Below are positions 14,788-24,132 of a stretch of 64,000 bases of DNA, in pieces. The notes under the pieces are model-generated. The model saw only the letters and a program-made list of their open reading frames with translations, made no database searches and was not told where the DNA came from. Numbering within the stretch: position 1 is the stretch's first letter; the number at the start of each line of letters is the position of its first letter. This DNA comes from a virus. Location of the stretch: the IMG/VR virus record IMGVR_UViG_3300014838_000019, positions 1-64,000 of that record; one strand, given 5' to 3'. The position numbers and the translations under genes are program-made.

Positions 14788-14878
14788 GGTGAGTTGGTAG
14801 AGATGGATTATTGCACCTGACTCGAAATCAGGAGTGGCCTCAAAACCACCGGGGGTTCGAATCCCTCACTTACCGCCA
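14788..14878 (+). tRNA. tRNA-Ser(CGA)
   Basis: Anticodon loop CTCGAAA; variable and T arms identical to tRNA-Ser(TGA). Confidence 0.94.
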
Positions 14879-14946
14879 TTTTGTAGTTGACATCAATTGA
14901 GTAAAGTGTTAAACTATCTTTGAAATTGAAATTCTAAAATACAGTT

Positions 14947-15213
14947 ATGACATTACCAATATGGTTCCTCGTTCTTAGTCTTTTCCTCCCTCGCATTGCA
15001 CTCTTAGCTGCATTTATTGCGGGTGGATCATTCCCACATCTGTTCACCAAATGGCTTTCTGTGCCAATGGCTGCACTTATTCCCCGAGTTCTTGTTCTTA
15101 TTGCTATAGCCACTACAATGGGGATATGCGTATGGTTTTGGATTCATTTAGGATTCATGATTGTAGTTTGGTTCATATCCATACTTCGTAGTTCTGTCAG
15201 TCGTGGAAAGTAA
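14947..15213 (+). CDS. Small membrane protein
   Basis: Highly hydrophobic with repeated LPR/IPR. Confidence 0.7.
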   Translation: MTLPIWFLVLSLFLPRIALLAAFIAGGSFPHLFTKWLSVPMAALIPRVLVLIAIATTMGICVWFWIHLGFMIVVWFISILRSSVSRGK

Positions 15214-15217
15214 TTCT

Positions 15218-15514
15218 ATGCAAGAACCAACGTCTATCATGGTCAAGTGTGAATGCCACGATGAAGCACTTGAAGTGACCCATTGGCCAGATACAAATGG
15301 CAATGGAGAAAGTGAAAATGAGTATTGGTTTGCAATATGGAAACAAGGATTTGATACTCGTCTCTGTTGGAGAGAACGTTTCCGTTGGTGTTGGAATATT
15401 TTAAGGACGGGCAAGCCGTGGGGTGACAATATAATTTTAACTCCCGAGAACGCTAAACAAGTTTCTGAGTTCATTAATCAAAATTTAAAAAATGATACCG
15501 AGACCAAAAAATAG
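15218..15514 (+). CDS. Hypothetical phage protein
   Basis: CEC motif and WRERFRWCWNIL pattern. Confidence 0.65.
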   Translation: MQEPTSIMVKCECHDEALEVTHWPDTNGNGESENEYWFAIWKQGFDTRLCWRERFRWCWNILRTGKPWGDNIILTPENAKQVSEFINQNLKNDTETKK

Positions 15515-15746
15515 TGTGGCACCGTCAAGCCATCAAACGGATATAGCCAGTAACCACGAGGCAACCCCCATCAAGTATGTAGTTGTCCGCAATGGGCATC
15601 GAGTATCTGATAAAGATTACGATGCTCCCAATAATCCTCGGTGTTTGGATGAAATAAATTTCTGGACAAGAGTTTCCAATAACACTTCGTTTGGGGAAAA
15701 GGTTGAGGTGGTCCCCTATGATTCAAAAAGGCATCGAGTTTGGTAA
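15492..15746 (+). CDS. Hypothetical protein
   Basis: 84-aa ORF followed by a terminator. Confidence 0.65.
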   Translation: MIPRPKNSVAPSSHQTDIASNHEATPIKYVVVRNGHRVSDKDYDAPNNPRCLDEINFWTRVSNNTSFGEKVEVVPYDSKRHRVW

Positions 15747-15763
15747 CTATATCTATTTCTACA

Positions 15764-15792
15764 GGAGCACGTATTTACGTGCTCTTTTTTTT
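15764..15792 (+). terminator. Intrinsic terminator
   Basis: GAGCACGT...ACGTGCTC + T-tract. Confidence 0.8.
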
Positions 15793-15837
15793 GGTTCTTT
15801 TATTTCTTTTGTCCACAAGTATCTCATATTTATGAGT

Positions 15838-15975
15838 ATGCGGAAATTGACGTTAGATGAATTCATTCTGAAAGCAAAGCACGCTCATGGTGGAAAATAT
15901 GATTATTCGAAATTTGTGCGAATAACACATAAAGATTTCTCAAATATATATTCGGGTTTATCTTCTATGTTATGA
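15838..15975 (+). pseudogene. Internally deleted homing-endonuclease stub (DUF723-like N-terminus)
   Basis: MRKLTLDEFILKAKHAHGGKYDYSK joined directly to FVRITHKDFSNI, a typical HEG C-terminus. Confidence 0.6.
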
Positions 15976-16328
15976 AGAAAAAAAATAAAAATATTGAGGC
16001 AGAGGGTTATATTCTTCCGTCTAATAATGATGAGATGAGAAAATTCATATCCAAATTCAAAGTGGACATGATGGAAAAAGTAGTATCTTCAATAAAGTTT
16101 GCAGTGGAAAACAAGCTCTCCCTAATCGAAGTTTTTCAATTTAAAGGAACTCCATTCGTTGTTACTATAAACAAAGATGAGTTCATGCTTAATCTTTCAC
16201 ACATTCATCAATTCTATATGAATAATGAAATGTATGAACTGTGTCAGCGGGTAGAAGTGTTATGCGAAACCCTAAAGAAGAATGAAAAAGAAAACCACAA
16301 ACCAAACGGACCAAACTCAACCATATAA
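15972..16328 (+). CDS. Hypothetical protein
   Basis: 118-aa ORF; ATGA overlap. Confidence 0.7.
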   Translation: MKKKNKNIEAEGYILPSNNDEMRKFISKFKVDMMEKVVSSIKFAVENKLSLIEVFQFKGTPFVVTINKDEFMLNLSHIHQFYMNNEMYELCQRVEVLCETLKKNEKENHKPNGPNSTI

Positions 16329-17034
16329 CGATCACTACGACCATTCTCCGGTCATTCCGCAAAGAAGTAAATTAAAGTCAGTTCTCAAAATATATAAACG
16401 AGAATTGACTCCCCGCCAACAAGAATTCCTTTCCCTCGCTAACGACAAATCGTCGAAAATCATTTTCGTTTCTGGTCCCGCTGGAACTTCGAAAACATTC
16501 CTCTCTATCTTCCACGCCTTAACTATGATTAATGAGAAAAAGGTCAGTGATCTCATTTACATCCGTAGTGCAGTGGAATGCTCGGATGCTAAATTGGGGT
16601 TCCTTCCCGGTGAAGCTAATGAGAAAATGGCACCTTACATCCAACCATTGCTAGATAAACTATCAGAGTTCCTTCCTAAGAGTGATATTGATATTTTACT
16701 CAAAGAAGAGCGAGTGACTGGCATTCCGGTTGGATTTTTGCGTGGTTTAAACTGGAATGCGAAGGTAATTATAGCCGATGAGGCACAAAATATGTCCTAT
16801 AAGGAACTTTTGACACTTATTACACGCACCGGGGAGTTTTCCAAAGTATTTATTCTTGGCGACCCAGAGCAAAGCGATATTAATGGTAAAAGTGGTTTTA
16901 TAAAAATGGTAAGCCATTTCGACGACGAGGAAAGCCGTCAGAATGGTATTCACGTATTCCGTTTCACGGAAGACGATATTGTCCGAAGTGGATTGGTCCA
17001 ATTTATAATTCGAAAGATAAAAAAGACTCTGTAA
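16282..17034 (+). CDS. phoH: PhoH-family ATPase
   Basis: GPAGTSKT Walker A, LGFLPG, FLRG, IIADEAQN, GDPEQSD, DIVRSGLV. Confidence 0.95.
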   Translation: MKKKTTNQTDQTQPYNDHYDHSPVIPQRSKLKSVLKIYKRELTPRQQEFLSLANDKSSKIIFVSGPAGTSKTFLSIFHALTMINEKKVSDLIYIRSAVECSDAKLGFLPGEANEKMAPYIQPLLDKLSEFLPKSDIDILLKEERVTGIPVGFLRGLNWNAKVIIADEAQNMSYKELLTLITRTGEFSKVFILGDPEQSDINGKSGFIKMVSHFDDEESRQNGIHVFRFTEDDIVRSGLVQFIIRKIKKTL

Positions 17035-17050
17035 TCGCTATGTATATCTT

Positions 17051-18976
17051 ATGGCAAACATGCGTGTATCAGAACTGGTGCAAATTACAGTGCCCGAAAT
17101 GGTGGCCGGAGACCTCCTGCTCGTTTCCGACATAAATGCAAACCAGTCCAAAAAATTAACGGTTGGTGATCTTGGTACGTTTCTTATTGAGAACGGATTA
17201 CTAACGGGGTCTTTTAATGGAACTTCCAGTTACGCATTGGTTGCGGCGACAGCATCATATGTGGTGCCGGGATCGGCTTCTTATGCCCCAACTTCCAGTT
17301 GGGCACTGAATGTATCAACTGCATCCTATGCGTTAACTGCCACGTCAGCAGCTAATTCTGTCACAAGTTCATATGTTGTTACCGCATCGTATGCATTATT
17401 TGCATCGGTTCAATCGGTATTTTCCGCATCGTTTGCTGGCAATGCCCAAACCGCTTCGTTTTTGTTTTTTACACCGGGGGAAACAAATGGAACTGCATCA
17501 TCGGCAATTACAGCGTCATATGCTCTTAAAACATCCCCGACATCATCATTCGCAATTACGGCGTCATATGTTCTCGGTCTTGTCACCCAAGTATCAGCAT
17601 CGTATGCTCAAACAGCATCCATAGCTAATACAGCATCGTATGCTCAAACTTCAACCTATCTTCAATTTAATGGTGTTCCAAATGGAACTTCTTCGTATGC
17701 ATTAGCTGCCGCATATATTGCTGGAGTAACTTCCGATTTTGGAACTTATGCCGCAATAACACAATCCTTATCTTCATCTCAACTCGACATGGTATTTGTA
17801 AGTCCATCATTGGCTGGATATAGAAATACTAATTTTGAAGCGTTAGGAACTATCTGCGTTCCATTTACATCATCCAATGGACCCACGAATGGAACCATTC
17901 AATTCTTCGTTGTAGATAGACAAAATGGTGGCTCTCAATCTTTAGATTCAACTTCCATTTATGTTAATTTAGCAAGTTCATCTAGTATTTCTGGAACTTT
18001 CAAATATCCATTTTCTCTTGCTGGTGATGTATCTTTAAGTGGATCATATGAGCTATATGTTACTGCATCGAACGGAGTTTTTATTGAACCATCAAGAAAT
18101 GTTAAATTTAAAATCACAAGTCAAAGCGATGTATTAAAAGTTCAATCTTCCGAACCAATACAGTTTTATACTACTCCATCCAACATTGTAATGGGATATT
18201 CATCAAGTTTAAATCCTGCTACAGCCTATGTGGGTTCCGCTTCCCAAGTCATTTTCTCGGGGTCAAATGATCCGACCGTTCTAGTTGTTCCTGCGGCGAG
18301 CGGAATGACTAGCCTTTCTTATACATGGACATTGATAAATCTAACGTATCTGAATACAATTGGTAATTCAAGTATTACTAATATTGGTGGAGCACCGAGT
18401 TCACTTCTAACAATGTCCGTAGCAAGTTGTAGTATTTTGGCAATTCCACATTTAGGAACTTCTTCAGTTCAAATATTGGACTGTTCTAATAACAACATAA
18501 ATGGAGTATTGGAATTGGCACCATCAATGAGTTATGTTAACGTATCAAACAATCCAAATTTGATATTACCTTCATATTTGCCACAGGGATTAACCTCCCT
18601 TTGGGCGAATCAGTTGTCTATATTGTCAACTCCTACAACAATACCCGATACACTCCAAACTATGTCCATGGCTTCTTGTACAAGTTTGAATTCATGGGCA
18701 AGTCTAACATTTCCCTTATCAATCGGATATTTTGATTGTCATTCAACATCAATAGCAAGTCTTCCGACCTTTATACCATCACATATGTTATATTGTGATG
18801 TTTCATATTGTCAAATGACCCCAACTACAATAGGTAATATTTGTAGTGGTCTTGTTTCAAATGCATTATCAAATGGAACATTGAAAGTCATTGGAAACCC
18901 ATCAAGTCAGTCGGCTCCGAGCATAGTGACAAATATAGCCACACTTGTTAGCCGTGGATGGACGGTTGTATCATAA
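17051..18976 (+). CDS. Putative tail fibre / receptor-binding protein with TASYA repeats and C-terminal LRRs
   Basis: N-terminal fibre-like anchor, (T/S)ASYA repeats, then ~8 LxxLxxxxN/C-type repeats. Confidence 0.65.
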   Translation: MANMRVSELVQITVPEMVAGDLLLVSDINANQSKKLTVGDLGTFLIENGLLTGSFNGTSSYALVAATASYVVPGSASYAPTSSWALNVSTASYALTATSAANSVTSSYVVTASYALFASVQSVFSASFAGNAQTASFLFFTPGETNGTASSAITASYALKTSPTSSFAITASYVLGLVTQVSASYAQTASIANTASYAQTSTYLQFNGVPNGTSSYALAAAYIAGVTSDFGTYAAITQSLSSSQLDMVFVSPSLAGYRNTNFEALGTICVPFTSSNGPTNGTIQFFVVDRQNGGSQSLDSTSIYVNLASSSSISGTFKYPFSLAGDVSLSGSYELYVTASNGVFIEPSRNVKFKITSQSDVLKVQSSEPIQFYTTPSNIVMGYSSSLNPATAYVGSASQVIFSGSNDPTVLVVPAASGMTSLSYTWTLINLTYLNTIGNSSITNIGGAPSSLLTMSVASCSILAIPHLGTSSVQILDCSNNNINGVLELAPSMSYVNVSNNPNLILPSYLPQGLTSLWANQLSILSTPTTIPDTLQTMSMASCTSLNSWASLTFPLSIGYFDCHSTSIASLPTFIPSHMLYCDVSYCQMTPTTIGNICSGLVSNALSNGTLKVIGNPSSQSAPSIVTNIATLVSRGWTVVS

Positions 18977-18986
18977 GGAACAATAT

Positions 18987-20105
18987 ATGGCAACATACGA
19001 CATAAAAATAAGTCAGCTTAACTCGTTTCCTGATCCAACCCAAACGGTGGATTTTTTCCCATTGGTTGATAGTTCATCGCTGACTACATACCGTGCATCA
19101 ATCGCAGATATAGCACCATTGATGACCCACTCTATACAGTCTGATTCTGCATCATTAACTGTAACAGCGTCATATGCCCTCAGTTCCTCATATGTGGTTT
19201 CAGCAAGTAATGCTATCAGTTCGTCATATGCTATTACATCCTCAAATGCAGTAACAGCCTCGAACTCTTTATTCGCAAGTAGTTCTATTAGTGCATCATA
19301 TGCATTGAACGCTGGTAATTCTTTAACGGCATTATCTTCTATTTCTGCAAGCAATACGATCAGTGCGTCATACACATTAAGCTCGTCATACACCATAACC
19401 GCCAGCAATGCAATAAGTGCTGCATATACATTATCATCAAGCAATACTGTCAGTGCCTCGTATGCTATTTCGGCGAGCAATACTGTCAGTGCCTCGTATG
19501 CTATTTCGGCGAGCAATGCAATCACGGCGTCATATGCAATAAATGCGGGAAGTTCAAGTTATGCTTTGACTGCATCTTACGTAAATCAAGGACAGACTTA
19601 TTTGCCTTACCCTTTTATTCAAGGAATGTTGTTTGTGGCTACGAACGATGATTATATAAATGCAAATTTATTGGGAACGAACTGGCAAGCCGGAACATAT
19701 GATATGTGCCCTGCATTTACTAATAACCAAGTAGGGGATAATGAAGCGTTAGCGTTATCATATTCATTTACATGGGATAATATCAACCAGGCGTATGTGA
19801 GTCCTAGTTCGCACGGAGTATATTTTCCAACATTTTGTTCCCCGACTTCTTGTATTAGAATGTGGTGTGATAATCGTGGTGGTGGTGGAAACAACTGGAA
19901 TATGTATGGATATTTCTATGTATATTTTGCATTATCTCCAACGCAGGTTGTTACACATTCATATTCTCCCGTGCTACATAAAAATTATGCCCAGCCAAAT
20001 TTCATAGTCAGTGCTTATCGTGCCTCCGCCGGACTCAATGCTATAGTGCAAGCTGATACCACAAACACTATAAATTTGATATTCCCGTCTCCAATAATAA
20101 GTTAA
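18987..20105 (+). CDS. Putative fibre protein with SASYA repeats
   Basis: IKISQL N-terminal anchor paralogous to the previous gene; about 12-aa periodic SASYA repeats. Confidence 0.65.
   Translation: MATYDIKISQLNSFPDPTQTVDFFPLVDSSSLTTYRASIADIAPLMTHSIQSDSASLTVTASYALSSSYVVSASNAISSSYAITSSNAVTASNSLFASSSISASYALNAGNSLTALSSISASNTISASYTLSSSYTITASNAISAAYTLSSSNTVSASYAISASNTVSASYAISASNAITASYAINAGSSSYALTASYVNQGQTYLPYPFIQGMLFVATNDDYINANLLGTNWQAGTYDMCPAFTNNQVGDNEALALSYSFTWDNINQAYVSPSSHGVYFPTFCSPTSCIRMWCDNRGGGGNNWNMYGYFYVYFALSPTQVVTHSYSPVLHKNYAQPNFIVSAYRASAGLNAIVQADTTNTINLIFPSPIIS
19440..19517 (+). repeat. Exact 36-bp tandem duplication
   Basis: AGCAATACTGTCAGTGCCTCGTATGCTATTTCGGCG x2. Confidence 0.9.
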
Positions 20106-20221
20106 TATAATAAGTTGACTATTCTTTTAATTATGATATTATATCACTATTGATAAAACAAAATCTACTTTTTCACATGGAAAACAATATGTATCCGTCG
20201 GTTAGTCATAAGAAAAATACT

Positions 20222-20359
20222 ATGGATCAATCCGACATTCAATACATATTGGACCTGCTAAACGATGCAGTCTTAGAAAAGGACTGGGATAAAGTGGAAG
20301 AAGCTCGTGAAACACTCAAGGAATTCTTGGATGCCACCGAGGCTGTTTTAGAAGAATAA
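20222..20359 (+). CDS. Small acidic hypothetical protein
   Basis: MDQSDIQYIL... helical; start codon uncertain. Confidence 0.5.
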   Translation: MDQSDIQYILDLLNDAVLEKDWDKVEEARETLKEFLDATEAVLEE

Positions 20360-20360
20360 T

Positions 20361-20651
20361 ATGATTATAACACTCTTATCATTAGCTCTAGTTATCTCTT
20401 TAGGACTTCTTTTCTCGGCTTATGTCATAATTCGAAAATTGCTAGTTAAAGTTGCCATCTATGAGACATGGATAATGGACGTTAAGACTGATGTTATAGA
20501 CACCGTTGAACAAATGCGTGAGGTTGACAAGTCCGGAGTTCTGTCTTCCAGATTAAATGATAAAGGCGTCTTCGAATCAGATGACCAAGTTGGTGGAGTT
20601 TTTAAAGATTTGCTTGATCTAATTGAGAAGCTAAATCAAAGAACTCAATGA
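20361..20651 (+). CDS. Membrane-anchored hypothetical protein
   Basis: N-terminal TM helix; FESDDQVG motif. Confidence 0.7.
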   Translation: MIITLLSLALVISLGLLFSAYVIIRKLLVKVAIYETWIMDVKTDVIDTVEQMREVDKSGVLSSRLNDKGVFESDDQVGGVFKDLLDLIEKLNQRTQ

Positions 20652-21541
20652 AAAAAAACAAAAAAGTTACACGTAAGTCCCGGTCCACTTCTAATCGTTC
20701 CAAAGTTAAACCCGCCATCCTAAGACAAAGAAAGAAGGCGGTATCCGTTCCTGTCGTAACCATTACGTCTCCGATTATAGAGAAAGCCAAGCTTCCTCGT
20801 AAACGTCGAACCAAGAACGTTACCCGGATGTATTTCACCCAAGATACCGAAGATGCTATTGTGCTCTACAATAACACCACCGACCTCGCTGTGCGTGAAC
20901 AAATCTTCCGTGACAGAATCCTTCACCCCTTTCAGAAACTTGTTGAGAACGTGTTTAACACGTTCAAGTTCTCTTATTTTGAGACTGGTCCGTTAGATGT
21001 TCAAAAGGAATGTTTGACGCATCTTGTTGCCAATATGCACAAATTCGATCCTACTCGCACTAGTCGTAATGATCCAACCAAGAAGACTCGGGCATTTGCC
21101 TACTTTTCTATAATCGCCAAGCATTATCTCATTCTTTTGAATAACACCAATTATAAGAAATTCAATCAGAATGTCGAAATAAGTGATGAGAGGGAAGACA
21201 ATACCATTCAACTTCAACAAGATGATAAATATTACGCTCAACAGGAATTGAACGATTTCATCAAGCTTATCATTGATTTCTGGGAAAAGAACGTTTCTAA
21301 GATATTCAATAAACAACGGGACTTGAATATTGCGAATGCAGTCATTGAGCTATTTCGTAGTTCCGACCGCATTGACGCCTTTAATAAAAAAGCCCTCTAT
21401 TTGTATATTCGTGAAATTGCTTTATGTAAGACCCAACAGATTACTAAGGTTATTAATCGAATGAAACAGTATCAGGATACCATTCAAAAGTCCTATATGG
21501 AAAATGGAAGCATCAATGCTGACCGTTATTCCGTATCCTAA
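20648..21541 (+). CDS. Putative phage sigma-like (gp55-type late) transcription factor
   Basis: Region-2-like segment KFDP...AFAYFSIIAKHYLI and a C-terminal helical domain. Confidence 0.55.
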   Translation: MKKNKKVTRKSRSTSNRSKVKPAILRQRKKAVSVPVVTITSPIIEKAKLPRKRRTKNVTRMYFTQDTEDAIVLYNNTTDLAVREQIFRDRILHPFQKLVENVFNTFKFSYFETGPLDVQKECLTHLVANMHKFDPTRTSRNDPTKKTRAFAYFSIIAKHYLILLNNTNYKKFNQNVEISDEREDNTIQLQQDDKYYAQQELNDFIKLIIDFWEKNVSKIFNKQRDLNIANAVIELFRSSDRIDAFNKKALYLYIREIALCKTQQITKVINRMKQYQDTIQKSYMENGSINADRYSVS

Positions 21542-21603
21542 TACCGTTAAAATAGACCGTTTGCCCACGTAAAGTCGGGTGATAGGTCTATTTATGTACA
21601 AGT

Positions 21604-21666
21604 ATGAGAAAATCCGGCATATACAGCATAACCAATTCTAAGAACGGGAAGGTATATTATGGATAA
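21604..21666 (+). pseudogene. GIY-YIG endonuclease N-terminal stub (20 aa)
   Basis: MRKSGIYSITNSKNGKVYYG*, matching the starts of the intact GIY-YIG genes at 48484 and 57852; overlaps the next ATG. Confidence 0.7.
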
Positions 21667-22042
21667 TGATTTCGAAATTTATGGTGGGAAAACATTTAAA
21701 GATTTATGCAAGGAAATCGTTGACCGTTCAGAAAACAAAAAAATGCAAGTAGATACACTTATCGGAGACTTGCGGACTCTTATAAAGGGTCCAAACGATG
21801 TTGCGTCGTTTATGCCTCGAATCAAAGAACTTCTCGAAGTTGGGGTAAAAAATGATGAGCAACTCATCAAGCTTGCTGCTGTTTGTCAAAGAATTCAATC
21901 TAGTCAAATCGAAGTCTCAGGTGGAGAAGGGTCGGGTTTATCCGAAGAAGATAAGGCTAAACTATTAGAAAACCACTTGGCTGAAGCTGAAGCCACCCTA
22001 AAAGGTATAAAAAAGAATACGGATGATTCTATACCCAAATAA
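21659..22042 (+). CDS. Hypothetical helical protein
   Basis: 127-aa ORF at the start of the structural module. Confidence 0.75.
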   Translation: MDNDFEIYGGKTFKDLCKEIVDRSENKKMQVDTLIGDLRTLIKGPNDVASFMPRIKELLEVGVKNDEQLIKLAAVCQRIQSSQIEVSGGEGSGLSEEDKAKLLENHLAEAEATLKGIKKNTDDSIPK

Positions 22043-22045
22043 TAT

Positions 22046-23554
22046 ATGGCATACTGGAAAGACAGTTCTAAGAATACTCGCCCGTTAGATAGTTTTGGTC
22101 TGACGACGAATCAGTCTGCCGCCAAGGGAGGAAATAGGGAATTTCATGAGTTAGAAATGGGCGTAGTACTTGATATTGTATTAGATTTAACTCACCCTAT
22201 TTTCACAAAAGCTAATCCTGAACAGACTAGAATTGATGCCGACAGATGGCCTGTAGATTTAACTGGGAAGCCCCCATCTCAAAACGACCCCGATTTGACA
22301 TGGATTGGTCGTGTGTTGGTTCGTCCTATTATTTCTGGAAAACTAACCAAAAAAGATCAACTCAAATGGGCATACCCGTTAGAAAATAACTTTGGAGAAT
22401 ATCCTCTCATTAACGAGAAGGTAATGTTATATGAGTCAGACAACCGTTTATATTATAGTAGAACGTTAAATTTTAGAAACTTACCGAATAACAATCTCGA
22501 CTTTACAATCGAAGATGCTACGTCGGGTGCAGGAAACACCGAACTATTTAGCACATCTCCTTACACTGGGCGCATTCTATCTCAAACAAACTGGAAGGGA
22601 GATGATGGAAGAATTGGGTATGCGGGAAAGTATTTCTATGCCAATCCTAAAATCCGTCAAGTACATCGGTTTGAAGGAGACACCGTGTTGGAAAGCCGTC
22701 ATGGGTCCGAAGTTATTATAAAGGCTTTTGATAAGAATCGTGCAAATGACGTGGGGTATTATCCAGATTACTCCAACAGCGGGAATCCAATGCTAATTCT
22801 CCGAAATCGTCAACGTCAGTTATTGAAGGTTGGTCAAACTCTTTCATTAACTAACAGTCCTAATCCAGCAACCGTTACTGGAACCATCGAAGAAAAAAAT
22901 GTGGGTGGATATTTGGATGAAAATATAAATCATGACGGGTCATCGGTTTATATGACGAGTGGGCAAACTATTAGTGAATGGGTAACAACATGTTATAAAA
23001 AAATGTTTGGTGTGGGTGAAGAGGTTGATGCATTTAACGGTACTACCAATTTTACATATCCCGTTTTAAATGGCGATCAGATTGTTATACAATCCGATAG
23101 GTTGATATTATCGGCACGTTATGGAGAATTATTTCAATATTCTAAAAAGAGACATGGTATAGTTACTGATAGTGAATTTACGGTAGATGCCCACGATCAA
23201 ATTGTAATGACAACTCACGTCAAAACCGTTTTTAACTCACCTCTTATTTTCCTCGGAGAATATGACCAGAGTGGAGAACCGGCATTGTTAGGTCAAACAA
23301 CTGTTAATTGGTTATATGAACTTTGTGAATGGTTACTTGCTCATACACATTGGTATCATCATGTACATCCAGATGCAGTAACTAAAGATGGCGAAGGAGT
23401 TGATACAAAGCAGCCTGAGCCTTTGCAGACTCAAGCTCCAGTTCAAGTGTTAAAGTTGATGGCATTGCGGGATAATTTACAAACAATTATGAGCCGTAGA
23501 GTATTTATAACTGGTGGAGGTTATGCTCCCGGTCAAAATGGAGCAACTATATAA
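22046..23554 (+). CDS. Putative baseplate hub/spike (gp5-like)
   Basis: N-terminal GR...YPLINEKV OB-like region, EGDTVLESRHG motif, beta-repeat region, His-rich tip (HTHWYHHVH); upstream of gp25. Confidence 0.6.
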   Translation: MAYWKDSSKNTRPLDSFGLTTNQSAAKGGNREFHELEMGVVLDIVLDLTHPIFTKANPEQTRIDADRWPVDLTGKPPSQNDPDLTWIGRVLVRPIISGKLTKKDQLKWAYPLENNFGEYPLINEKVMLYESDNRLYYSRTLNFRNLPNNNLDFTIEDATSGAGNTELFSTSPYTGRILSQTNWKGDDGRIGYAGKYFYANPKIRQVHRFEGDTVLESRHGSEVIIKAFDKNRANDVGYYPDYSNSGNPMLILRNRQRQLLKVGQTLSLTNSPNPATVTGTIEEKNVGGYLDENINHDGSSVYMTSGQTISEWVTTCYKKMFGVGEEVDAFNGTTNFTYPVLNGDQIVIQSDRLILSARYGELFQYSKKRHGIVTDSEFTVDAHDQIVMTTHVKTVFNSPLIFLGEYDQSGEPALLGQTTVNWLYELCEWLLAHTHWYHHVHPDAVTKDGEGVDTKQPEPLQTQAPVQVLKLMALRDNLQTIMSRRVFITGGGYAPGQNGATI

Positions 23555-23558
23555 ACAT

Positions 23559-24080
23559 ATGGCGGACACAGATTTATCTTCTTTTGGATTAACTAGTTCA
23601 GACAATGCGGTTTATGATCCAAACGCTCAACATCCATCATTGGAAAGTACCGAGGGTGTTTCCACCCCAAACCCAAATTATAACCCCCCAAAATTGCCAG
23701 TTACTCCATCGACAGTAAATATAACTACTGGGAATGGAGTTCCAGGTGGGTTTGATTGTTCCAGCATAAAATCTCCAACGTCCGCCACAACGAATGCGTC
23801 ATTGGCTATTTCGGCAATAATGGCTGAAGCATCCGCAGTTACCGCTGTAATTTCAGCAATCAAGGCGGGGTTAATTCCATCAGTTCCTGGAATAATGGGG
23901 GCATCCAGTAAATTAGCGGCACTGCAAACAAAAGCAGCCAACAAACTGAACGCAGCCAAATCAGCGCCGGACTTCTCGAAAAGTTATATATTACCCTCTC
24001 CACCTACAATACCGGCTGTTCCAAATTTTGCAAGTGCAGGAATACCCACACTACCTAAACTCCCATCGGTGAGTTTGTAG
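23559..24080 (+). CDS. Hypothetical Pro/Ala-rich protein
   Basis: ORF within the baseplate module. Confidence 0.6.
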   Translation: MADTDLSSFGLTSSDNAVYDPNAQHPSLESTEGVSTPNPNYNPPKLPVTPSTVNITTGNGVPGGFDCSSIKSPTSATTNASLAISAIMAEASAVTAVISAIKAGLIPSVPGIMGASSKLAALQTKAANKLNAAKSAPDFSKSYILPSPPTIPAVPNFASAGIPTLPKLPSVSL

Positions 24081-24132
24081 TCGTCGTGAATGGACCCGAA
24101 TAAATAATAACCAGCTATTTATACACATACAT

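Noticed and set aside
197-14900. HDV-like theta ribozymes at tRNA 3' ends
   Set aside because: I could not find the nested double-pseudoknot pattern directly after any CCA. A motif search would be needed to exclude it fully.
19013-19525. Long antisense ORFs inside structural and replication genes (also 62440..62832)
   Set aside because: They are explained by the codon bias of repetitive sense-strand genes and have no independent motifs or start signals.
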